26,481 nucleotides of DNA from IMG/VR virus record IMGVR_UViG_3300010376_000117, positions 1 through 26,481 of that record; one strand, given 5' to 3'. This document shows positions 17,291 to 25,081 of the stretch, in pieces. Positions within the stretch are counted from its first letter, which is position 1, and every line of letters starts with the position of its first letter. The translations under genes and the position numbers were made by a program. Origin of the DNA: a virus (Duplodnaviria; Caudoviricetes). The notes below the pieces were generated by a model. The model was not told the origin of the DNA and ran no database searches. It was given only the letters and a program-made list of their open reading frames with translations.

Positions 17291-18190
17291 TCAGGTCAGC
17301 GCCGGGGCGTTTGGCTGGCCCGGCGTAAGATGCTGGACAACAGCGGCGGTGGCCGAAGCCGGCGTCCCGCCGGTCGCCGCCTGCACGGTCTGCACCGCCT
17401 GGATCACGACCGGGATCAGCGAGAGAAACGGGATCGCGGCCTTGAGCGGCGGGAAGAAGATCGACAGCACGGAAAGCAGCTGCGGCAGCTCGGCTTGCGC
17501 CAGCTGAAGGTCGGCATTGATCTGATCGAAAACGTTCGATCCGGCGGTGGTGGTGGTGGTGGCGTCCATGGCGGGTTTTGGTCCTGTTTGCGGGGTGCCG
17601 GATGGTTTACCATCGAGCGCCGCCGCAACATCCGACAAATTATGCGCCAGCGCCATCATCAGGGCCGCAACACCCGGCTGGGTGTCCCATGCGGCCGAAT
17701 CAAACTTGCCGTCGGCGGTGAACTTCCCCGACTGCTGGAGATTTGTCCAGGACCAGACATAGGGGGAATTGACCCCCCGGTTCACGTAGCCGAGCCCGTT
17801 ATAGACCTCGGCCCCCCACAGGCAGCGCGGCGCGTCCCACGGGGATATGCCCAGGAAACCCTCATGCTTGAGGGCGTCGATGGCCGAATCCTCCCAGGTG
17901 GCGTAGGGACCCAACCCCTTGGGCACCAAGGTGGTCTTCCTCCCGGTCCCGATGATCTCCTCGCCGTTGGCTAGGCATCCCTTGAAGTTGAGATCGGCCT
18001 CCCGCATGTGGATGCAGCCGACGAAAAACCAGGGGACGCCGGTCGCCTTCTCGACCGTGCGATAGCGGTCCGCGTTGGACGAAATCCGCCCCGCCGCCAG
18101 ATTAGCCGCACTGATCTTCGAGTTTACGATCTGGGCCTTGGCCCACATGCTGGCGTAGCCGGCTTTCGTGCTCTCGAACGTGTACGCCAT
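17291..18190 (-). CDS. Endolysin, lysozyme-like (COG5526-type) with hydrophobic C-terminal extension
   Basis: Motifs TGVPWFFVGCIHMREA, VPKGLGPYATWEDSAIDAL, YNGLGY..GVNSPYVWS and GKFTADGKFD..DTQPGVA. Start at ATG 18190 behind GGAGAGG. Confidence 0.85.
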   Translation of the reverse strand: MAYTFESTKAGYASMWAKAQIVNSKISAANLAAGRISSNADRYRTVEKATGVPWFFVGCIHMREADLNFKGCLANGEEIIGTGRKTTLVPKGLGPYATWEDSAIDALKHEGFLGISPWDAPRCLWGAEVYNGLGYVNRGVNSPYVWSWTNLQQSGKFTADGKFDSAAWDTQPGVAALMMALAHNLSDVAAALDGKPSGTPQTGPKPAMDATTTTTAGSNVFDQINADLQLAQAELPQLLSVLSIFFPPLKAAIPFLSLIPVVIQAVQTVQAATGGTPASATAAVVQHLTPGQPNAPALT

Positions 18191-18236
18191 TTGTTCCTCT
18201 CCGTAGAACGGGCGGGACCACATCTCGTCCCAGGAT

Positions 18237-18401
18237 TCACTCAAGATATTGCAGCGTCATGAAGGCGGAAAAAATAATGCAGAAGACCGGCGCCAGCACC
18301 ACCGCCGCCAGCAGGTGGTGAAACCAGACGAAGGTCACCATCGCCACCAGCGTGACGAACATCAGCCAGACCATGACCACCAGCACGATCTCGCGGATCA
18401 T
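18237..18401 (-). CDS. 54-aa two-TM membrane protein, holin candidate
   Basis: ATG 18401 with ATGA overlap. Almost entirely hydrophobic and immediately upstream of the endolysin. Confidence 0.55.
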   Translation of the reverse strand: MIREIVLVVMVWLMFVTLVAMVTFVWFHHLLAAVVLAPVFCIIFSAFMTLQYLE

Positions 18402-18410
18402 CTGTAGCCC
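18394..18410. repeat. 17-bp direct repeat, copy 1 (cggatcatctgtagccc)
   Basis: Identical to 19540-19556. Confidence 0.95.
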
Positions 18411-18922
18411 GTGATGATTGCGGTCGATCGCCAGCCTGCAAAGACGATGGCGGCATAGACCTTGCCGAGTATCTGTCCGGAAATCAGATCGATCGAGCCG
18501 AAAGCCAGCCACAGGAAGATCGCGGAATCGACGACCGCGCCGGCAAGACAGCTGGCCAGGACGGCGGCGACAAGACGTTTGCGCCAGAGCGGCGTGAAGA
18601 CGGCGAAGTCGGTGACCTCGGAGAACAGGAAAGCGGTGCCCGAGGCGGTGGCAAGCGCAGCCGGCGCGATCATGAACGACAGCACGGTGCCGATGCCAAT
18701 GCAGACGATCGAGGCCTGGGCGCCCCAGCTGCGTTGGACGAGATCGCGCAGGACGAGTGCGATGCCGATCATCAGGACGCCGCTCGGCGCCATGACGCCC
18801 GGCGCGACCGGGATGAGACAAGGCCCGTCAGGAATGCATACGGTGCCGACGTGACCGATCAGATAGTTGGCCGCCGGAATGGTGCCGGCATAGCCGGCAA
18901 TGAGCAGTAGTTTACTAGACAT
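18398..18922 (-). CDS. VUT-family (YhhQ-like) putative queuosine-precursor transporter
   Basis: Multi-TM protein with AANYL, GVLMIGIALVLRDLVQ, ASGTAFLFSEVTDFAVF, VDSAIFLWLAFG and GQILGK, the characteristic Vut_1 pattern. Confidence 0.85.
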   Translation of the reverse strand: MSSKLLLIAGYAGTIPAANYLIGHVGTVCIPDGPCLIPVAPGVMAPSGVLMIGIALVLRDLVQRSWGAQASIVCIGIGTVLSFMIAPAALATASGTAFLFSEVTDFAVFTPLWRKRLVAAVLASCLAGAVVDSAIFLWLAFGSIDLISGQILGKVYAAIVFAGWRSTAIITGYR

Positions 18923-19547
18923 CGATCAGCATATCCGGTTGACGCAAAGCGTTATCGAGCTTCTGCAGGGTGACGGCGAAACGTGAGACCGAGGAGCCGT
19001 CGAAGCTATCGACCGCCGCGGCAGCGCACAGCGCAATGCGGCGTGCGCTGTTGACCCGACCAACATGGCAGTAGGCGTCGCGCGCGCGTGCTAGTTGACC
19101 CCAGTTCCGCATTGTTTGCTCCTTCCATTGGCTGGTGCCGCCGACGAAGATGCCAAGACGCGGCCCGATAAGAGAGGCGACTTCGTCGGAAGTCATGCCG
19201 TCCTGAACCGCCAGCAGTTGTGGACAAACAAACGGAAGACGCTGTCTCCAGGCGAGAGAAAACTCCAGCGAACCGTGTCCGCCCGCGACGATGTCGGGCA
19301 GCACGACAAAGTCGGAATTGGCGGCTAACAACTCATAGACCTTTAGAAAAGCCGCCTCGTCGAACTGCTGCCCTTGCGTGAACGATGTCCACGCGCCGTT
19401 GTCGATGCAGTAGCGATCAAAACCCTCGGTGCGGTGTACGCCCCTGGCAGATACCATCAAGCCCCAGCCGGCGGCTCTAAGAGCCGACAGATTTCGTCTG
19501 GTGCCGGTGCGCGAGGCATAGGCAAACATCAGGTTTTTTCGGATCAT
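18915..19547 (-). CDS. TGT-fold / DpdA-like putative 7-deazaguanine DNA transglycosylase
   Basis: TGT-barrel-like motifs in the expected order: IDNGAWT, VLPDIVAG, AVQDG, IFVGG, HVGRVN and DSFDGS. Coupled to a VUT transporter. Confidence 0.7.
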   Translation of the reverse strand: MIRKNLMFAYASRTGTRRNLSALRAAGWGLMVSARGVHRTEGFDRYCIDNGAWTSFTQGQQFDEAAFLKVYELLAANSDFVVLPDIVAGGHGSLEFSLAWRQRLPFVCPQLLAVQDGMTSDEVASLIGPRLGIFVGGTSQWKEQTMRNWGQLARARDAYCHVGRVNSARRIALCAAAAVDSFDGSSVSRFAVTLQKLDNALRQPDMLIDV

Positions 19548-19556
19548 CTGTAGCCC
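19540..19556. repeat. 17-bp direct repeat, copy 2
   Basis: Identical to 18394-18410. Confidence 0.95.
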
Positions 19557-20278
19557 AGCGCCGATAGCAGCGTCAGGTCCACTGCGCTGATCGGGTTGAT
19601 CTGACCGCCCGCAACAAAACCGTTGAAGGCGTCGGGGGTGTTGCCGAACCAGTCGCCGGCATCGAAGTTTGGGTTGGTGTCGAAAGTGTTGCCGATCGTG
19701 TTGCCGACGTCGGTCGAGAAGTAGCCGCCAATCGAGTTCGCCATCACGTTCGGTGCCGAATAGTGGAACAGGTCAAGCACCGTGGCAAAGCCGGAATTGT
19801 GGATCGAGCGGCCCATCACCTCGGTGATCTCGTGCGCGACCAGCCCGTAGAAATCGATCACGCCGGGAGCCGGCACCGTCCCGATCTGGGTGGAGACGTT
19901 GCCCTGAAAGCCTACATGCCCGTCCGATCCAATCTTCGGCGGCATCAGGCCAAGCGCCTTGGCCTGGGCCGGGACGATCCACATGGCGCGGTTGAGCGGA
20001 TCGGTCGGAGGCAGGGTGGTGGCCCCGACATTGCCGATCGCCAGCAGGGCTGTCCGGACCTGCGCATAGGTGAAGGTGGCGTGGCTGGTCAGCGACTCGC
20101 CTACAGCGCTCGATTGCATCGGCATGTTGCCGACAAACCCCCAGCCCACCGTGATGTGCAGCTGGATCGGCGCCAACGGATAGGTCTCGGCCAGGAAGCT
20201 GCACACTTCCTGCACCACCGCGGTGGCGCCGGTGGGAGCGTTGCTCCAGCTGGTGGTGAACCTGGGCTTGATGATCAT
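19544..20278 (-). CDS. NF038122-like zincin metalloprotease domain, stand-alone (244 aa)
   Basis: ATG 20278 with ATGA overlap. Motifs AQAKALGL, DGHVGF, DFYGLVAHEITEVMGR (HExxE), LDLFHYS, YFSTDVG, DAGDW and DAFN. Confidence 0.75.
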   Translation of the reverse strand: MIIKPRFTTSWSNAPTGATAVVQEVCSFLAETYPLAPIQLHITVGWGFVGNMPMQSSAVGESLTSHATFTYAQVRTALLAIGNVGATTLPPTDPLNRAMWIVPAQAKALGLMPPKIGSDGHVGFQGNVSTQIGTVPAPGVIDFYGLVAHEITEVMGRSIHNSGFATVLDLFHYSAPNVMANSIGGYFSTDVGNTIGNTFDTNPNFDAGDWFGNTPDAFNGFVAGGQINPISAVDLTLLSALGYR

Positions 20279-21297
20279 GGCGACTCCCATCGTTTCTGGA
20301 GGTATGGCCACTTGTCGAGCGAGTCCTGGTCGGCGAGGTTGGCCGCCTCGATCAGGCAAAGCTGTTCGAATACCTTGCTGGTAACCGGGACCTTCTGCGC
20401 GTGCCGCATGTCCAGAAACATGTGAGCATCGGCTGATACGGCGGTCTGCAGGCATTTTGGCCGGTCGATCGCGCCAAACAGCCACGCCAGCATCTCAGCC
20501 TCCTTGCCGAAGACGGTCGCAATCCGGCTGCGCTGGTCGGGAGTCGGCGCGAAAAGTTGTTGTTGGAAGGAATTTGTGCCGTAGATCGAGTGCAGCCCGC
20601 CGCCATAGCAGACCTCGAGCGGGCAGCCGCGATCCTTGAGCAGCTGAAACACCCGCACCAGATGATCGTGCAGCGAGCCCTTCTGATGCTTGATATGCCG
20701 TGCTCCAGCTCTCAACAGGAATTGCGACAGCTGCTCGAACTCGTCGGTGCGGCGCGCGCGCGCCTTGAACACCAGCACCGTGCGCATCACGTTGCACTTG
20801 CGCGACACGGCGCGGCCGGCATGCGCCAGCGTCGATGGGAATTTCACCAGCCGGTTCGGCCACGGCAGCACCGACTGGTGGAAATTGCCATGCGAAAACA
20901 CCGTCTCGCCGGCCCAGTCGCGATCCCACTTCGGCACCGCGTACAGCATGTAGGTCATCTCGTCGGAGCGCGACGAGTCGGTGTGGAAATAGCCGTCAGT
21001 GCCGTAGGTGTAGCCGTTGGCATAGACCCGGATCGGCACCGCCTGATGCGCGCGCACGACCTCCGAGGAGGAAATCGCCTGCCACACGATGTCGAACGCC
21101 GGAACGCCTTTGATGGGCAAAAGGTTGGAAAGATTGGCGCGGTCGTCGTGAAACGGCTTGTACGACCAGTGCCCGTGCGGGTCGGTCTCGCCATTCGACT
21201 TGGAGCCATAACTCCAGGGAAAGGTTTTCACCATCCGCAGGACGTCTTCCCACTTGTAAGCTGGCAGAAAGCCGTCGTGGATGTTCGCGTGCATCAC
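20275..21297 (-). CDS. 2OG-Fe(II) oxygenase fused to a DUF6817-like (HD-related) domain
   Basis: HxD (YFHTDS), WDRDWAGET, distal His (LAHAGR) and RTVLVFK. C-terminal domain HQKGSLHDHLVRV...GGLHSIYGT...FGKEAEMLAWLF. Confidence 0.85.
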   Translation of the reverse strand: MMHANIHDGFLPAYKWEDVLRMVKTFPWSYGSKSNGETDPHGHWSYKPFHDDRANLSNLLPIKGVPAFDIVWQAISSSEVVRAHQAVPIRVYANGYTYGTDGYFHTDSSRSDEMTYMLYAVPKWDRDWAGETVFSHGNFHQSVLPWPNRLVKFPSTLAHAGRAVSRKCNVMRTVLVFKARARRTDEFEQLSQFLLRAGARHIKHQKGSLHDHLVRVFQLLKDRGCPLEVCYGGGLHSIYGTNSFQQQLFAPTPDQRSRIATVFGKEAEMLAWLFGAIDRPKCLQTAVSADAHMFLDMRHAQKVPVTSKVFEQLCLIEAANLADQDSLDKWPYLQKRWESP

Positions 21298-21536
21298 GAT
21301 TGCGCTGCCTTCAACAACACGTCAAGAGAACTGGCGCACAGCTCGCAATGGCCATTCGGCGTTGCCGGGAACCATGTCATCCTCCAGCACTGGCCGGACG
21401 AGATCGCCTTTTGCTTTTCGTCCTCGCTTACCCAGTCGCGATATCTTCCTTCCTCAATGTAATTGGCCACCGACCTGTAGTAGATGAGGTGATCGTTGTG
21501 TTCCAGAATGAGGCTGATGTGACTGGGAAACATCAT
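21294..21536 (-). CDS. Hypothetical protein, 80 aa
   Basis: 4-nt overlaps with both neighbours; SD AAGGAG. Confidence 0.7.
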   Translation of the reverse strand: MMFPSHISLILEHNDHLIYYRSVANYIEEGRYRDWVSEDEKQKAISSGQCWRMTWFPATPNGHCELCASSLDVLLKAAQS

Positions 21537-21700
21537 TGCTCCTTCAATTTGTCCGCAACAGCAGGCTGGGCCGCCGGATGATTGTGCCCGTGCAGGGCAA
21601 AATGCAGCTCGGCCAGCAGCTTCGAGCGCTCCACCGGATCAGTCAGCTTGCAGACTTCCGCAATCGCCATGGCAATCGCGCCGCGCGGGTCTTCAATCAT
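21533..21700 (-). CDS. Hypothetical protein, about 55 aa
   Basis: ATG 21700 overlaps the upstream stop and follows GAGGAAG. Confidence 0.6.
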   Translation of the reverse strand: MIEDPRGAIAMAIAEVCKLTDPVERSKLLAELHFALHGHNHPAAQPAVADKLKEQ

Positions 21701-21972
21701 ATCGTCTTCCTCTTTCCGCAATAGGAGAACTCGGCCTCATAGTCCTTGTCGGGAACCGGCCAGATCAACATGGTCTGGTCGTCAATGACCGTGAAGAAGC
21801 TCGGAGTGCCCGGATCGGGATATCTGACAAACAGATTCTCCTGGTATTCCTCCGACGCGTTGAGCACCGAGTAGGTGATGTTCTTTTCCGGGTCGGTGAC
21901 CTCAATCTTGACGGTCGATAGCTGAACCGGCTCCGGAAGCTGGTATAACCTCTGTCCCATGAATAATCTCAC
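21697..21972 (-). CDS. Hypothetical protein resembling the beta-domain of phage adaptor proteins
   Basis: GTPSFF...LIWPVPDKDYEAE resembles GQPASW...YLYPPEPDQNYPIE of the adaptor at 4853-5740. The start could be GTG 21972 or ATG 21960. Confidence 0.6.
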   Translation of the reverse strand: MRLFMGQRLYQLPEPVQLSTVKIEVTDPEKNITYSVLNASEEYQENLFVRYPDPGTPSFFTVIDDQTMLIWPVPDKDYEAEFSYCGKRKTI

Positions 21973-22204
21973 CGGAAGCCTCCTTGTAGTACTTGCAGGA
22001 ACGGGTAGTGGGCGGGATGTCGTAGACCACCGGATGCTTGATCCCGGTCTTCATCATAAGATCGACGTACTTGCCGCACTGGCGCTTGTTGACAAGCCGC
22101 CGGCCGGCAATCTTGGCGTCGTAGAACGCACAGGTGCGGCAGGTCGTGAAATCAGGTCCGGAGCCGGCAAAGTACGCCTGACCGGGCAAAAACTCTCTGT
22201 CCAT
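21902..22204 (-). CDS. Cys-rich hypothetical protein, 100 aa
   Basis: CRTCAFY...C...SCKYY pattern suggests metal binding. Confidence 0.65.
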   Translation of the reverse strand: MDREFLPGQAYFAGSGPDFTTCRTCAFYDAKIAGRRLVNKRQCGKYVDLMMKTGIKHPVVYDIPPTTRSCKYYKEASGEIIHGTEVIPASGAGSAIDRQD

Positions 22205-22366
22205 CGGGGGGTCCTGATTGCCACCCCCCCCGGCGGACTCTCAATACGCCGGGAGGGGTCTCTCACGAACCCTTTGGCATGTCGGGGGGCTGAGGGATGC
22301 CGGTCGGGTCCGCTGGTGGACGTGATCGCCGCGCCGTGCGGCAAAAATAAGGCGCTCTGACCAGAA

Positions 22367-23464
22367 TCATGGGGGCGGAGTCTGCGTGAACACCGCCGCC
22401 AACGACTGCAGCAGCGACAGCGGATAGTTTATAAAGCTGTCGCCGCCCTGAATGTCGTGAATCTCAATCGAATCCGCCGAGTAGTTGAACACCCCGAGCT
22501 GTATGGCCGGCGTCAGATTGTCCACAATCGGTGGCCCAGGCTGGTAAAGCCCAAGGCCAACCTGAAAACTCGTCGGCGGGCCGTTCGCCGCAATGGTCGG
22601 GTAAAACCGGTTCTCCGGAGATGTCACCGTCTGCTTCAATGCGTGATTCGCAACGTCGCCCAGAAACCCCAGCGACGATCGCCACGTGTTGATGCACTGA
22701 TTCGTGAAGCTCGCCAGCTGCCGCGCCGTCCCCGAATCCAGCTGGTTGAACGTCGCAAACGAATATTCCCCCTGCGTGTCACGCCACGGATAGTTGCCAA
22801 TCGAGTTCCCCAGCAACGCCGACTGCATCAGCGCATCAGTGCGCCCCGCCGCAATGAGATTGGCAATCGAAGGGGTGTCCAAACTCTCGTTGAAAGGGTC
22901 AGTCGTGTTCGAACCCGTGTGCGATATCGTCACCGACCGGATCAATGGCTCGTTCGCATCATAGCGCGCCGCCAACGCAGATTGCATCGCCCAGTACGCC
23001 GCCAGATAATTCGTCTCGTCCCAGTAGTTGCCAACAACTACCGGCGTCCCCAGCGGAAACTGGTTGGTCACAGGCTTCTGGTAAATCGTAACCGGACCAG
23101 ACCCAAACGCCAGCGCCCACGCCGGTGCATGTACCCCAGTGTAAATCCGAAGCCGAACCCCCAAAGGAAATTGCGGATTGGCCGAATTGTAGCCCCGAAC
23201 CAAAGTCAGAAAGTTGTCAATCACCGAATAATCATACGTCCCCTGAACCGCCTCCAGCTGATTCCAGTTCACATTGCAGACGACCCCCCCAAATATCCCA
23301 GGCGGAAACATCTGGATGTTCGTCAGCGTGTTGATCGGCTGACTCGTCGAGCTCGAGTTCGACTGCCGCGTCAGCGTCCCCTGCGAGACCAGCCCCTGTA
23401 ACGGCGCCTTCGCCGGCAACGGTCCAATGAACCGCGTCTGTCCTCGCGCCGAAAACCCGCCCAT
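22367..23464 (-). CDS. Putative glycoside hydrolase-like TIM-barrel protein (GH-A/beta-galactosidase-like N-terminus)
   Basis: VNWNQLEAVQGTYDYSVID, LRIYTGVHAPAWA and YW...ALAARYD are typical of this fold. The start is uncertain (ATG 23464 versus 23548). Confidence 0.65.
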   Translation of the reverse strand: MGGFSARGQTRFIGPLPAKAPLQGLVSQGTLTRQSNSSSTSQPINTLTNIQMFPPGIFGGVVCNVNWNQLEAVQGTYDYSVIDNFLTLVRGYNSANPQFPLGVRLRIYTGVHAPAWALAFGSGPVTIYQKPVTNQFPLGTPVVVGNYWDETNYLAAYWAMQSALAARYDANEPLIRSVTISHTGSNTTDPFNESLDTPSIANLIAAGRTDALMQSALLGNSIGNYPWRDTQGEYSFATFNQLDSGTARQLASFTNQCINTWRSSLGFLGDVANHALKQTVTSPENRFYPTIAANGPPTSFQVGLGLYQPGPPIVDNLTPAIQLGVFNYSADSIEIHDIQGGDSFINYPLSLLQSLAAVFTQTPPP

Positions 23465-23534
23465 TGATTTTTCCAGCCTGTGGTTGTGTGATGTAGACGA
23501 CACTGCAAACCCACGAATCAAAGGAACCACAACG

Positions 23535-23900
23535 TTGATAAAACTCACCCTCGCCCTCGTCTACCTCTCCCTCGCCGCAGACTTCCTCCCATGGTCCAAC
23601 GATCCCGCAACCAGAGACCCCCAAATCCGCCAGTGGCTCTCATCCCTCATGCAGCCAGATAACCCATACATGTCTTGCTGCGCCGAAGCAGATGCCTTCG
23701 AAGCCGACCTCTTCCAGGCCAAAAATGACCAGTACCTCGCAACCATCACAAACGGAAAAGGGCTCATCAAAGAAGGAACCACAATCCTGGTCCCTAACCA
23801 AAAAATAAAATGGAACTCCGGTAACCCTTCAGGCCACGGCGTCATCTTCATCGGACAAAACGCCCAAATCTACTGCTACGTCCCTCCAGCCGGCGTCTGA
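23535..23900 (+). CDS. Putative exported Cys-containing protein (121 aa)
   Basis: TTG start after AAGGA and a hydrophobic N-terminus. Motifs QWLSSLMQPD..SCCAEADA and GNPSGHGVIF..IYCYVPP. Confidence 0.7.
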   Translation: MIKLTLALVYLSLAADFLPWSNDPATRDPQIRQWLSSLMQPDNPYMSCCAEADAFEADLFQAKNDQYLATITNGKGLIKEGTTILVPNQKIKWNSGNPSGHGVIFIGQNAQIYCYVPPAGV

Positions 23901-24070
23901 AAACATCCCGCGCCAGACCGCAAGTCCGCCAAAGCTTCCTCTTCGCTCGCGCAAAAATCCAGGACGCGCTCCCCAGGTCGCGACCCCGCGTAAATCAACG
24001 ACCAGGATAACTCCGAACCAACGCGATCCTCCAGCTCCACGAAAGCCTCGATACCTAATACCTCACTCAT
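23876..24070 (-). CDS. Hypothetical protein, 64 aa
   Basis: GGGAGAG upstream; overlaps the upstream gene end. Confidence 0.45.
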   Translation of the reverse strand: MSEVLGIEAFVELEDRVGSELSWSLIYAGSRPGERVLDFCASEEEALADLRSGAGCFQTPAGGT

Positions 24071-24272
24071 GAATGCTCTCCCGCTTCAGCCGAACCTTGT
24101 GCCGGCACCGGTACTCCCCCCTCAACCTCAACCGGTCCCCCCTCCGGTCAAACTCAAACCCGCATACACACCGACAACGCCAAACCGCGTTCTTCCCCCC
24201 ACCAACACAAAATAACGCCACAACGTCCCCAAACCTCTCCCCACTGTGGTCCTTCAAATTGCTCCCGCGCAT
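24063..24272 (-). CDS. Small protein resembling the N-terminal Cys module of phage HNH/AP2 endonuclease-like proteins
   Basis: From ATG 24272: KDHSGERFGDVVAL...AVWRCRCVCG matches the DLTGxRFG..WxCxCDCG pattern. No nuclease domain follows. Confidence 0.6.
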   Translation of the reverse strand: MRGSNLKDHSGERFGDVVALFCVGGGKNAVWRCRCVCGFEFDRRGDRLRLRGEYRCRHKVRLKRESIHE

Positions 24273-24915
24273 CCTAAACCATCCCATAAAGTGGGGGATC
24301 ACCAAAATGCTTTTTTGGGGGGGAGGGGTGGGGCCGCCGCATCTGCCGCCTGGAACCCCAACGCCCCCGCGCACGCGCGCGCGCCACACGGCCGCCAGGG
24401 CTCCCACCAGCCTGTTCTCATACTACAGGTTGTACCAGGAGGCCGGGTTGCATTTCCGCTCTGTGGCCAGCAGCAAAAAAAAAGCGGAAAATCCAGCGAT
24501 TTCAACAGGACAGCGAGGACAACTTCATGATTGGGAAGCGTATGGGAAGGGAGCTCGAGCGGAGCGAGCGACCAAAAAATTTGAGCTCGAAATTTTCGCC
24601 AAAAAAAAACCGATTCGCTGAGTGATTCGACTCTCTCTGCCCTTCCAACCGACGGGCCGAATCTTCTTGTCTCCCTGCTGCGGGGTGGAGAAGTTGTCTT
24701 CCCCCTGTCTTGCTTCCCGTCTTGGTGGTCTGCTTTGTGGCAGCGGCTCTCTTTGCCGCTGCGGTGCATTCTCTCGTCTTGCCTATGTGTGGATGGCTGG
24801 TTCGTCTGAGCCGCGCGCGAGGGTAGGTATGCAAAATTGCCTTGTCAACTAGCTGGTGGTTGTTGTGGGGTTTAGGGTGCAACCTAGAGGTTGTATTTTG
24901 GGGCGGTTTTGGGAG

Positions 24916-24924
24916 TTATCCACA
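24916..24924 (+). promoter_or_regulatory. Consensus DnaA box TTATCCACA
   Basis: Perfect 9/9 match within the large intergenic region. Only a single perfect copy was seen. Confidence 0.45.
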
Positions 24925-24933
24925 GGAAAGTTT

Positions 24934-25058
24934 GATCACGAATTGTTACAGAGTGTTACAGGCTGTGAGGAGGTTGGCATGCTTCATTGCATAGCTCTTT
25001 TTGCTGCACTGCGGTGCAGATCTACCGCGGCGCAGCGTAAATGTAACATTTTGTGATC
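24934..25058. repeat. 17-bp inverted repeat pair (15/17 match), candidate operator sites
   Basis: gatcacgaattgttaca (24934-24950) and tgtaacattttgtgatc (25042-25058). tgttacag also occurs at 24944 and 24954. Confidence 0.65.
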
Positions 25059-25081
25059 GGCTCAAATGATTTTTTTCAACT

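Noticed and set aside
22290-22365. Minus-strand ...tccacca resembling a tRNA/tmRNA 3' end
   Set aside because: No T-arm (GTTCRA) or cloverleaf could be built.
24299-25056. ORFs in the large intergenic region (24299-24769, 24502-24882, 24622-24852, 24856-25056)
   Set aside because: No RBS or motifs, and their composition reflects nucleotide skew. Treated as non-coding.
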